Source of the DNA: Candidatus Electrothrix yaqonensis | Lineage (GTDB): Bacteria > Desulfobacterota > Desulfobulbia > Desulfobulbales > Desulfobulbaceae | Assembly: GCA_047651235.1 (NCBI GenBank) | Contig: CP178758.1 | Coordinates: 2,970,001 to 3,002,000, forward strand | Length of the DNA: 32,000 bases | Reading direction: 5' to 3' | Shown here: one piece after another, positions 1 to 8,014 of the stretch | Layout: each line of letters begins with the position of its first letter | Position numbering within the stretch: position 1 is the first letter of the stretch | Translations under genes and position numbers: made by a program | Notes under the pieces: generated by a model | Told to the model about the DNA's origin: nothing | Databases searched by the model: none | Seen by the model: only the letters and a program-made list of their open reading frames with translations

Positions 1-1
1 G

Positions 2-763
2 ATCGCTCCTGTTCTCGAACCCCAAGTTCAGAATAACAATCAGGGAAAAAGGGATGTGTATCTGCCATCAGGCAGTAACTGGTATTGTTTTATGGATAAT
101 ACCATGCCGCTCGGACCTGCTGTTGACGGAGGCACTACGATAAGGGATTTTGATGCGAATATCAATACCAACGATAACCATATTCACTTCATTGTTCCGG
201 CGTATGTACGTGCAGGGGCTGTTATCCCGACCATTGAGGTTGAACAGTACGTGGGCCAGCGCAACAAGGAAGGGCAGCCCAATTCGATTACGCTCAATAT
301 TTATCCCGGTGCGGACGGAGAATACACCATGTATCTGGATGATGGAGAAAGCCGTTCCTCAGCTGATACGTCCGCCCATCCGGCTGAATTGGGCGGTGAT
401 CCGCAGGCCAAGGGGGAGTATCGCAAGACAAAAATTACCCATACCGGCAACGGCAAGAAAACTCGACAAATTACAGTGGAACGTATCCATGACGGATACA
501 CGCCCAAATTTGAAGACTATTTCTTTGTCGCTATTCTGCATGATCCCTCTGAAACAAAAGGGGCTTCAGGCTGTTTAAATAAGGTCAGCATAGACGGCCA
601 GCAGATCGAATGCATCTCAGGAGGTACATCGGAACAGCGGAGCAACAGTTTATGGGCATCTCCCGGAAACGCATGGTATTACAACGAGGATATCAAGATT
701 AGCTTCGTCAAGGTATCTGATAACAGTTCGAAAATTGTGATTAATGCGGAGTATGCTGAGTAA
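2..763 (+). CDS. Glycoside hydrolase family 31 (alpha-glucosidase-like), C-terminal part; 5' end lies outside the window
   Basis: The frame is open from base 2 with no stop before the listed ATG at 56. The sequence RDVYLPSGSNWY...PAYVRAGAVIPT...NIYPGADGEYTMYLDDGES matches the typical GH31 distal beta-sandwich pattern (VYLPxGxWY, FVRaGsIiP, YpGxdGxfxlYxDDG). Confidence 0.7.
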   Translation: MAPVLEPQVQNNNQGKRDVYLPSGSNWYCFMDNTMPLGPAVDGGTTIRDFDANINTNDNHIHFIVPAYVRAGAVIPTIEVEQYVGQRNKEGQPNSITLNIYPGADGEYTMYLDDGESRSSADTSAHPAELGGDPQAKGEYRKTKITHTGNGKKTRQITVERIHDGYTPKFEDYFFVAILHDPSETKGASGCLNKVSIDGQQIECISGGTSEQRSNSLWASPGNAWYYNEDIKISFVKVSDNSSKIVINAEYAE

Positions 764-791
764 CGGATGATACAGGTACACTAGCTTGACA

Positions 792-828
792 GAATCAGGG
801 CGGAAGAAGGCTCCTCCTGTCCTGATTC
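792..828 (+). terminator. Candidate intrinsic terminator hairpin after the GH31 gene
   Basis: GAATCAGG (792-799) pairs with CCTGATTC (821-828), with further partial pairing inside. It is followed by CTTTTCC and lies in the convergent gap between the GH31 gene and livF. Confidence 0.45.
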
Positions 829-841
829 CTTTTCCATTGTG

Positions 842-1555
842 TCACGCCCCTAAATACGCCTTCTTCACCGCCGGATCATCCAGCAGACCCTCAGCCTTGC
901 CCTCCAGGACCAATTTGCCGTTCTCCAGCACATAGCCGCGTTTGGCGAATTTGAGGGCCAGGCGGGCATTCTGCTCCACCAGCAGGATGGTGGTCCCGGC
1001 CCGGTTGATCTCCTTCAGGGACTCGAACATATCCAGCATGAGCAGGGGGGCAAGGCCCATAGAGGGTTCATCCAGCAGCATGATCTTTCTGCCGCTGATA
1101 TAGGCCCGGCCAACCGCCAGCATCTGCTGTTCCCCGCCGCTCAGGGTTCCGGCCGGCTGATCTTTCCGTTCCTCCAGGCGCGGGAAGAGGTCGAAAACCC
1201 ATTTGCGGTCCTTGGCCACGGCCTCAGTATCCTTACGGGCAAAGGCGGCCAGGGTGAGATTTTCAGTCACGGTGAGATTGCCGAAGATCATCCGACCTTC
1301 CGGCACATGGGAAATGCCGAGCTTGGAAACCACTTTATCCGTATTGTATTTGAGAATATTATGCCCCATAAAGTCTATCTTGGAGCCTGTCTCCGCAGGA
1401 ATCATTCGGGAAATGGCCCGCAGGGTGGTGCTCTTGCCTGCGCCGTTGGCTCCGATGATGGTCACGATCTCTCCCTGCTCCACAGAAAAGCTGATCCCGT
1501 GCAGGGCGCGGATATTGCCATAGGAAACGGTGAGATTTTCCACATAAAGCTGCAT
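842..1555 (-). CDS. livF: Branched-chain amino acid ABC transporter ATP-binding protein LivF
   Basis: 237 aa. Walker A is GANGAGKST, with LSGGEQQMLAVGRA signature, LLDEPSMGLAP Walker B, and a LivF-typical N-terminus and C-terminal VKKAYLG. Confidence 0.9.
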   Translation of the reverse strand: MQLYVENLTVSYGNIRALHGISFSVEQGEIVTIIGANGAGKSTTLRAISRMIPAETGSKIDFMGHNILKYNTDKVVSKLGISHVPEGRMIFGNLTVTENLTLAAFARKDTEAVAKDRKWVFDLFPRLEERKDQPAGTLSGGEQQMLAVGRAYISGRKIMLLDEPSMGLAPLLMLDMFESLKEINRAGTTILLVEQNARLALKFAKRGYVLENGKLVLEGKAEGLLDDPAVKKAYLGA

Positions 1556-2331
1556 CAGTGAATATCCTCCGTACCGAGATAGGCTTCAATAACCCTGGGA
1601 TCGTTTTGAATGGTTTCCGGCGGTCCCTGGGCGATGACCTCACCGAAGACCAGGACCTGGATGCTGTCGCAGAGTTCCATGACAAACTTCATCCGATGCT
1701 CAATGAGAAAAATGGCCACCCCGAATTCCCGGTGGACCTGGCGGATAATCTCGATCATCCGGCCCAGCTCATCCGGGGTCATCCCGGCAGTGGGTTCGTC
1801 GAGGAAAAGAATCTTTGGGTTGGTAGCCATCGCCCTAGCCATTTCCACCCGGCGCTGCGCCCCGTAGGGTAGACTGCCTACAGTATGGTCGGCAAACTGG
1901 CTGATGTCAAAGGTCTCCATAAGCCGGTAGCAATGCTCCTTGACCTCTTTTTCCTGCCGTCGGCAGGCCGGGGTACTGAAAAAGGCCCCGAACAGACCAT
2001 AGCTGAGCTGGGAATAATGGGCCAGCCGGATATGATCCAGCACGTTCATGTGCCGCCAGAGAAGCAGATTCTGAAAGGTTCTGCCGATACCCAGCGAGGC
2101 GATGCGGTGCGGTTCTTTACCCCGGATATCTTTCCCTTCAAGGGTCAGCGCCCCCTCAGTCGGCGTATGCACGCCGGTGATCAGGTTGAAGACCGTGGTT
2201 TTGCCTGCCCCGTTAGGGCCGATCAGGCCGTGGATCTGTCCCGGCTCAATGGTCAGATTGAAGCCGTGCACTGCACGCAGTCCCCCAAAAAAATGGGTCA
2301 TGTTTTGTATTTCAAGCAGGGATGGCATCAC
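1555..2331 (-). CDS. livG: Branched-chain amino acid ABC transporter ATP-binding protein LivG
   Basis: 258 aa. It has FGGLRAV...GLIGPNGAGKTTVFNLITGV, a LivG-type C-terminal extension (IEHRMKFVMELCD...VIAQGPPETIQNDPRVIEAYLG), a GGAG 7-8 nt upstream of the ATG, and a stop that overlaps the livF start. Confidence 0.9.
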   Translation of the reverse strand: MMPSLLEIQNMTHFFGGLRAVHGFNLTIEPGQIHGLIGPNGAGKTTVFNLITGVHTPTEGALTLEGKDIRGKEPHRIASLGIGRTFQNLLLWRHMNVLDHIRLAHYSQLSYGLFGAFFSTPACRRQEKEVKEHCYRLMETFDISQFADHTVGSLPYGAQRRVEMARAMATNPKILFLDEPTAGMTPDELGRMIEIIRQVHREFGVAIFLIEHRMKFVMELCDSIQVLVFGEVIAQGPPETIQNDPRVIEAYLGTEDIH

Positions 2332-2545
2332 CTGTCTCCATCAGCTAAAATCATAAAGGAGGTTCTTTCCTGCAGGTATCTGACAGAAAAATCATGTAAT
2401 CAGAAAACGACAGAGATCAGAGATATCTGATAAAAAAAGCATCAGGCGCTTTTCAGAACATCTATATGAACAGCAGAGCCTGAACCTGCAAAAAGATACT
2501 CTATCGCAGGTGAACGAACAAGGGAAACAGAGAGATCAGCAAATC

Positions 2546-2574
2546 TTGACAGAAAGCAAAGAGGCGTGTAGTAT
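2546..2574 (+). promoter_or_regulatory. Near-consensus sigma70-type promoter (TTGACA-N17-TAGTAT)
   Basis: TTGACA at 2546-2551, an exact 17 nt spacer, then TAGTAT at 2569-2574. It would drive the small ORF at 2692 and possibly the TPP enzyme gene. This is a sequence match only. Confidence 0.5.
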
Positions 2575-2582
2575 CCGAGGTT

Positions 2583-2613
2583 GTTGCATTTTCTGCAACA
2601 TGCAGAAATGTTG
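2583..2613. promoter_or_regulatory. Cluster of three overlapping palindromes just downstream of the predicted promoter (operator or 5' leader hairpins)
   Basis: GTTGCA-TTTTC-TGCAAC (2583-2599), TTTCTGCA-ACA-TGCAGAAA (2590-2608) and CAACAT-GCAGAA-ATGTTG (2596-2613). Confidence 0.4.
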
Positions 2614-2691
2614 ATAAAAGAACCGGCATAGAAATATTGGGTTTGATGTTGGCCTCTATCTTGCAGATAACTTAAGATGGAGGGTAACATA

Positions 2692-2828
2692 ATGAATTTC
2701 CGTCACGCTATTCACATTCTGATTCACAGTCCGTTCTATTTTCGTATGACACTGCCGCAGCGTCTTAAGCTGGTCAAGGAATACTGTCAGGCAATGAATA
2801 AACTCGAAGATACCTCGCAGTACGAATA
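2692..2828 (+). CDS. Small hypothetical protein (45 aa), below the ORF-track length cutoff
   Basis: ATG at 2692 is preceded by GGAGGG (2679-2684). Translation is MNFRHAIHILIHSPFYFRMTLPQRLKLVKEYCQAMNKLEDTSQYE, with stop TAA at 2826-2828. I recognise no family. Confidence 0.4.
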
Positions 2829-2934
2829 AACCTGCACAAAAAAACGTTCAACCGATCTCGTACATTGTTCAAAAAAAAACGCAGCTCTGCTTCTTACTAA
2901 TATTATTTTGTAATTTCAAAGGGAAGGTGTACAT

Positions 2935-4587
2935 ATGAACGGCGCGGAACTCATGGTCAGGTGCCTTGAAAATGAAGGCGTTAAATACATCTTCGGCATT
3001 CCCGGCGAAGAGAATCTCGCCTTCTTGGAAGCCCTGCGGTCCTCGTCCATCCGGCTTATCCTGACCCGACATGAGCAGGCTGCCGGTTTCATGGCTGCGA
3101 CCTACGGCCGCCTGACCGGCAAACCGGGCGTCTGCCTTGCCACTCTTGGGCCGGGAGCGACCAATTTTGTCACCAGTGTCTCCTATGCCCTGCTAGGCGG
3201 CATGCCCTGCCTGTTCATCACCGGGCAGAAACCGATCAAGACTTCCAAGCAGGGCCGGTTCCAGATCATCAATGTGGTTTCCATGATGGCCCCGATTACC
3301 AAGATGACGCGCCAGATTGTCGGGGCAGACTCTATTGCGATCCTGGTACGGGAGGCATTCCGGGTTGCGGTGCAGGAAAAATCCGGGCCGGTACACTTGG
3401 AGCTACCTGAAGATATTGCGGCTGAACAGACTGCTGCCCGTCCATTTCCGATCACCCCTATCCGTTCAGCATACGCTTCAGACAGAGCCATTGAAGAGGT
3501 GGCTGAAATCATCAGGCAGGCAAAAAATCCCCTCCTGCTCATTGCTGCAGCCAGCAATCGCCATCAGCAGGCCGGCCCGGCCCTGGAACAGTTTATCGAA
3601 CGGACCGGGGTCTACTTTTTTTCCACCCAGATGGGCAAAGGTGCAGCAGACGAGTTCCATCCGCGCTGTCTGGGCACGGCAGCCCTTTCCGATCATGATT
3701 ATCTGCACTGCGCTATCGGCAGAGCAGACGTTATTATCAATATCGGTCATGATGTAGTTGAAAAGCCTCCTTTTTTCATGAAAAGGAACGATCTGACAGT
3801 TATCCATATCAACTATTTCAGCGCGATATTTGATGAGGTGTATTTCCCGCAATATGAGGTCATCGGGGATATTGCCGACTCCATCAGACGACTGACAGTA
3901 CGGATCAAGCCGAACTTCCTTGCCGGAGACGGGTATTTTGGCCTGCTCAAAGAAGAAATTGAAAAAAATGTGTACAAACGGACGCTGCCCGCCTCGTTTC
4001 CCTATACGCCGCAGCAGCTGACCAGGGTGCTCCGGGAGCTGATGGACAAAGACTCGATTCTCTCGCTGGATAACGGGATGTACAAAATCTGGTTTGCCCG
4101 CAATTACCGGTCCACGGATTCCTTTTCCGTGCTCCTGGATAATGCCCTGGCAACCATGGGAGCCGGGCTGCCGGTGGCCATTGCCGCCAAAATGCTTTTT
4201 CCGGAGAAAAAGGTGGTTGCGGTCTGCGGCGACGGCGGCTTTATGATGAACTCTCAGGAGCTGGAAACCGCTATCCGTCTGAAAGTGGACCTGACCATCC
4301 TGCTGCTCCGTGATGACGGTCTCGGCATGATCAAGTGGAAACAGGGAGGAATGGGATTTCCCGACTTCGGCCTGACCTTCGGTAATCCTGATTTTGTCAA
4401 ATATGCGGAAAGCTACGGGGCGCACGGGTATCGAGGCGTTGATCAGGATCAGCTGGCGGAAGTGCTGCAGCATTGCCTGAATACGCCCGGTGTGCATCTG
4501 ATTGAGCTGCCCATTGATTACGCGGAAAATGAGTCCGTGCTCATTGAGGAGCTGAAGCGCAAGACCTGCCTGATCGGTGAAACTTAG
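2935..4587 (+). CDS. Thiamine-pyrophosphate enzyme, acetolactate synthase large subunit-like (catabolic AlsS-like size)
   Basis: 550 aa. N-terminal TPP pyrimidine-binding pattern is GAELMVRCLENEGVKYIFGIPGEENL...RHEQAAGFMAATYGRLTGKPGVCLATLGPGATN. C-terminal TPP-binding motif is GDGGFMMNSQELETA. Confidence 0.8.
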   Translation: MNGAELMVRCLENEGVKYIFGIPGEENLAFLEALRSSSIRLILTRHEQAAGFMAATYGRLTGKPGVCLATLGPGATNFVTSVSYALLGGMPCLFITGQKPIKTSKQGRFQIINVVSMMAPITKMTRQIVGADSIAILVREAFRVAVQEKSGPVHLELPEDIAAEQTAARPFPITPIRSAYASDRAIEEVAEIIRQAKNPLLLIAAASNRHQQAGPALEQFIERTGVYFFSTQMGKGAADEFHPRCLGTAALSDHDYLHCAIGRADVIINIGHDVVEKPPFFMKRNDLTVIHINYFSAIFDEVYFPQYEVIGDIADSIRRLTVRIKPNFLAGDGYFGLLKEEIEKNVYKRTLPASFPYTPQQLTRVLRELMDKDSILSLDNGMYKIWFARNYRSTDSFSVLLDNALATMGAGLPVAIAAKMLFPEKKVVAVCGDGGFMMNSQELETAIRLKVDLTILLLRDDGLGMIKWKQGGMGFPDFGLTFGNPDFVKYAESYGAHGYRGVDQDQLAEVLQHCLNTPGVHLIELPIDYAENESVLIEELKRKTCLIGET

Positions 4588-4597
4588 GAATCGGTGA

Positions 4598-5410
4598 TCA
4601 GAACGGCTGCTGTCCGCTCGAATGCCGGATGATCAGCTGATGAAACATCTCCACCAGCCCCCGCCCTATCATATACACGGATTCGACATTGGTATTTTCC
4701 GAAACTGTGTTGTCAAAAAGGATATTCAGCTTGGAGGAAAAGCTGTCTTCCGGTTCCCAGTAATTGATCAGAAACGGGACGCCGGGCAGAGGGTAGAGAA
4801 TACGTGCCCGGTCAGCCTTGGTTTCCGAGAGTTCTTCTGCCTCAAAAAGATCCAGAATCTCAAAAAACAGTTCCGTATGTTCATCGGCCAGCCGCTGCAT
4901 GGCTTGCTCGCAGCGATGGGCAAAAAAATGTTCCTTCCCGCCAGCATCCTTTATAGCTGGAAAGGCAATCCATTCTCCTGCTGGCTGGCGCCCTTTGCTC
5001 TGCAGCAGATAATGGAGAACCGGAATCTGCACCCAGTTATTGCAATGGCATTCCGAGGTCATTCCGCCCTGAGCATCAATTCGGAAATATTTTCCAAGGC
5101 ATTGTACCCCCACAGTCCCCTCGTTGAGCGGCAGATCCAGCCTGCGGGCGATCTCGTAGAGTCCCTGCCGGGCAATCTTATTCTGTAACGAGGCGAGATA
5201 CGCATCCTGTTCCTCTTCCATGGATTTTTTCTGCACGATACCGCCGGAAAGCTCGCTGATCTTTTCTGCTGAGAGCAGCGGGCAATCTGCCAGCTCTTTC
5301 TGCCCCTGAATGACGGCAACGCTGAAGGCCATGCAGGAAGGCAGCAGGCATCTGCGGCAGTTAGACTGCTCCAGATGCTTATAAAGTTCCAAGGGATTTT
5401 TGATCATCAT
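4598..5410 (-). CDS. DUF3786-like protein with an N-terminal putative Fe-S cluster domain (CODH/ACS-associated type)
   Basis: 270 aa. The N-terminus NCRRCLLPSCMAFSVAVIQGQKELADCP resembles the PF04060-type putative Fe-S domain, and the remainder resembles DUF3786. It lies 29 nt downstream of panB on the same strand. Confidence 0.5.
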   Translation of the reverse strand: MMIKNPLELYKHLEQSNCRRCLLPSCMAFSVAVIQGQKELADCPLLSAEKISELSGGIVQKKSMEEEQDAYLASLQNKIARQGLYEIARRLDLPLNEGTVGVQCLGKYFRIDAQGGMTSECHCNNWVQIPVLHYLLQSKGRQPAGEWIAFPAIKDAGGKEHFFAHRCEQAMQRLADEHTELFFEILDLFEAEELSETKADRARILYPLPGVPFLINYWEPEDSFSSKLNILFDNTVSENTNVESVYMIGRGLVEMFHQLIIRHSSGQQPF

Positions 5411-5439
5411 AACAGATAGCTCCCGTCTCTATGCAACGC

Positions 5440-6288
5440 TTATTCCGGATGCGACTCTTTCAGCAGACTGCGGAAGTCCGCCTTGGCAGTAAAGCTGTGC
5501 TCGGCAGCGGGAAATGTACCATTGTCGAGCTCGCTGATAAACTCCTGCACCGCCTGTTTGATCGCCGGAGCGAGATTACAGTACTGTTTGACGAATTTCG
5601 GAGTGAATTTTTCAAACAGCCCCAGCATATCGTTGGTCACCAGCACCTGACCGTCACAGCCCGGACCAGCGCCAATCCCGATGGTCGGGACAGTGACTGC
5701 TTCCGTGAGCACCTCTGCCAGCGGCGCAGGCACGGCCTCCACCACAATACCGAAAACTCCGGCAGCTTCCAGGGCCCTGGCGGCGGCAAGCAGTTTCCGG
5801 GCTGCCTCCATATCTTTTCCCTGCACCTTAAAACCGCCGAGCTGTCCCGCAGTCTGCGGAGTCAGGCCGATATGCCCCATAACCGGGACTCCGGCCCGGA
5901 CCAATCCCTGCACAGCAGCACAGACTTCCTCGCCGCCCTCCAGCTTGACGCAGTCGCAGCCCGCCTCTTTAAGGAAGCGGATGCCGTTGGCTACCGCCTG
6001 CTCCACCGAGACCTGATAGGAGCCGAAGGGCATATCGCCGATCACCAGAGCACGCTCCGTGCCCCGGCTGACCGCCCCGGCATGATGAAGCATCGCGTCC
6101 ATAGTCACCGGCACGGTGGAGTCGTACCCCAGCACCACCATGCCCAGAGAATCCCCGACCAGCAGGGCGTCTGCTCCGGCTGTGTCCAGAAGACGGGCTA
6201 TGGACGCATCATAGGCGGTAAGCATGGATATGGTATGCCCGCTACCCTTCATTGCACGGAAATCTCTGACGGTTATTTTTTTCATCAT
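5440..6288 (-). CDS. panB: 3-methyl-2-oxobutanoate hydroxymethyltransferase (ketopantoate hydroxymethyltransferase)
   Basis: ITVRDFRAMKGSGHTISMLTAYDASIARLLDTAGADALLVGDSLGMVVLGYDSTVPVT is a classic PanB motif. I moved the start to the MMKKITV ATG at 6288, because the upstream 25 codons of the listed ORF look non-native. Confidence 0.9.
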   Translation of the reverse strand: MMKKITVRDFRAMKGSGHTISMLTAYDASIARLLDTAGADALLVGDSLGMVVLGYDSTVPVTMDAMLHHAGAVSRGTERALVIGDMPFGSYQVSVEQAVANGIRFLKEAGCDCVKLEGGEEVCAAVQGLVRAGVPVMGHIGLTPQTAGQLGGFKVQGKDMEAARKLLAAARALEAAGVFGIVVEAVPAPLAEVLTEAVTVPTIGIGAGPGCDGQVLVTNDMLGLFEKFTPKFVKQYCNLAPAIKQAVQEFISELDNGTFPAAEHSFTAKADFRSLLKESHPE

Positions 6289-6455
6289 ATCGTAATGGTC
6301 TGTTTTCTGAGGTGTTGGCGGAAAATCAGCTGATCCCGGATAGTTGCTGCAGCAGCGGCACAAACGGAACGGAGAAGTCCGGGAGATCTTGTTTATCTCA
6401 TGATGATCAGAAAAATAACACGGTATGCTTCAGGAGGAAAGAATATTCAACCGAC

Positions 6456-6490
6456 AAAAAAAAGCCCCCTGCCGATAAACGACAGGGGGC
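6456..6490 (-). terminator. Strong rho-independent terminator on the minus strand with no adjacent upstream gene
   Basis: GC-rich 8 bp stem GCCCCCTG (6464-6471) / CAGGGGGC (6483-6490) with an 11 nt loop. A8 on the plus strand at 6456-6463 gives U8 after the hairpin on the minus strand. Confidence 0.65.
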
Positions 6491-6617
6491 TTGGTGCATT
6501 GGAGATAAATATCCTGTATCTGCAGGTGGTTATATTGTAAGAATGGTATCTGTTTTTTCCTCAAGGTACAGGTTTGTATACAGTCCGTTTCGGAAAGATA
6601 GCTCCGTCCCAGTCGCC

Positions 6618-7368
6618 AGGGCTGTTCAATTCTATAAGAGCTTGTATTTTCAAGACGTATGCAGTAATTGATACAGAAAAACTTTACACGAGGATTCTGC
6701 ATGCTGTTTTTTTGCTGAACACAATCAAAGATCATCGACGCGGGCAGGGCCGGCGATATGAGCTTACGCATATTCTTCTGTTTTCGATCATGGCGATCCT
6801 GAGCGGTTCGGATTCTTATCGCAAAAATCTGTTCGTTGATGCGCATCGTGAAAGGCTCAATGAATATTTCGGCCTGGACTGGAAAAAAGCTCCTGCATAT
6901 ACAACGATCCGCACTGTCATTCTGAATACTTCCGGTTCGGAACTTGAGCGGATTTTCAGGGAGCACGGCAAAGCTCTCGCGGAAGAGGAACCGGACGGAG
7001 AATTTATTCATTGCGACGGCAAAACTCTCCGGGGAAGTTTCGATAACATGAAGGATATTAATCAGCTTCAGATATTGAGTGCTTTTGCTGGCGACCGCGC
7101 CGTCGTTCTCGGCCATGAAGAAATCAGGGAGAAAAGCAATGAAATCCCGGCGGCGCGGAAACTGATGAAAGAACTCGGTTTATCCGACCGCATTTGACCG
7201 CTCCCGAATTCGTTGCAATCCGCACATATTTGCGAAACTGAGAAGCTTCGCTCTCAATATTCTTCGTAAGAACAAGGTGAAAAATGTCAGCCGGGAGCTT
7301 TTCAGGAACTGTATGGATATAAATCGTCTGTTTGATTACGCCGGGATTTTCTAGAATTGAACAGCCCT
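6618..7368 (+). mobile_element. ISAs1-family insertion sequence remnant (~750 bp, internally deleted) bounded by a perfect 15 bp inverted repeat
   Basis: AGGGCTGTTCAATTC at 6618-6632 is the exact reverse complement of GAATTGAACAGCCCT at 7354-7368. These repeats enclose the transposase fragments. Confidence 0.8.
6701..7354 (+). pseudogene. ISAs1-family transposase pseudogene (start-proximal frameshift plus internal deletion of the DDE core)
   Basis: The N-terminal part NTIKDHRRGQGRRYELTHILLFSIMAILSG...IHCDGKTLRGS...ILSAFAGDRAVVLGHEEIREKSNEIPAARKLMKELGLS matches ISAs1 (H-repeat) transposases up to about aa 200. It is then joined in a different frame to a C-terminal tail, FDRSRIRCNPHIFAKLRSFALNILRKNKVKNVSREL...AGIF*, ending at 7354. 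The ATG at 6701 is out of frame because of a T7 run (6707-6713); T8 would give MLFFLLNTIKDHRRG. Confidence 0.8.
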
Positions 7369-7388
7369 GCCGGTAGGGCTAGTTCACC

Positions 7389-7985
7389 CTATGTCAGCAT
7401 CATCAACGGCACGATCACGGAACCGGAAATTCTGCGCATCCAGGCAGTGCTTGATCTGCGGGCAGATACGCTGATCTTCAGCTTGCGGAAAAAGATGTCC
7501 CGGTCGATGAGGTGGCGTTGGCCCCGTTCTTTGGGGGTAAAGGGAAAGGGGGTGATGAAATCCAGGCAGACCTCGTCCGGGCGTTGCAGGGGATTTTTTT
7601 TGAGCAGGTCGGCAAGACAGCGGCGGCGGGCCGGTTCCACGTTATGCAGGGCAAAATTATTGCGGGGATTATCCAGATGTTTTTTCAGGCCAATGAGAAA
7701 ACGATCCGGGATGCTGTTGTCCGGGGACGGAAAGACCAGTTCCAGGGGATAGACTGTGTTTTTGCGGATGCGGTCGTCGGGCGGGCCGTCCAGGGGATGG
7801 TAAAAGGAGTCATGATGGGGGATGCCTGCCTTTTTCGCCGCTTCTTTGCAGATGGCGGCAAACACGGCCAAGGGGTGCTGACGGGCGAATGTGTTGCGGG
7901 TGTTACGCAGTTCGATGCGCAGGGTATGCCAGGAAAGGTCGAGCAGAGGCCTGAAACAGGTGGGGATTGAGGGGCCTGATTCCAT
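7389..7985 (-). CDS. Hypothetical protein (198 aa) immediately downstream of cas2; possible RAMP/Cas6-like N-terminal half (weak)
   Basis: I set the start at the MESGPS ATG (7985), 29 nt after the cas2 stop; the longer listed ORF overlaps cas2. The segment EVCLDFITPFPFTPKERGQRHLIDRDIFFRKL loosely resembles the hxFxTPxxF...LLrRL pattern of Cas6-type RAMPs. No glycine-rich loop is present, and the ORF ends 20 nt from the ISAs1 end. Confidence 0.45.
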   Translation of the reverse strand: MESGPSIPTCFRPLLDLSWHTLRIELRNTRNTFARQHPLAVFAAICKEAAKKAGIPHHDSFYHPLDGPPDDRIRKNTVYPLELVFPSPDNSIPDRFLIGLKKHLDNPRNNFALHNVEPARRRCLADLLKKNPLQRPDEVCLDFITPFPFTPKERGQRHLIDRDIFFRKLKISVSARRSSTAWMRRISGSVIVPLMMLT

Positions 7986-8014
7986 GGTGTTCCGGGCTGT
8001 TGCCGGAGATCGGG

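Noticed and set aside
2692-2828. The 45 aa ORF as a branched-chain amino acid attenuation leader peptide for the acetolactate synthase-like gene
   Set aside because: The peptide has no tandem runs of Ile, Leu or Val codons. There is no obvious terminator/antiterminator pair between it and the ATG at 2935.
3478-4497. 339 aa minus-strand ORF antisense to the TPP enzyme gene; the same applies to 5431-6333 (+) opposite panB, 23958-24968 (+) opposite the lipoprotein and argH, 29667-30509 (-) opposite cbiH and 30301-31146 (+) opposite the PIN pair
   Set aside because: Each is fully shadowed by a gene with clear family motifs on the other strand and has a motif-free, compositionally biased translation.
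6430-7116. 228 aa minus-strand ORF across the ISAs1 remnant, plus the 6312-6671 plus-strand ORF
   Set aside because: The first is antisense to clear ISAs1 transposase sequence and crosses the IS boundary. The second spans the panB start, the terminator hairpin and the IS end. Neither has recognisable motifs.
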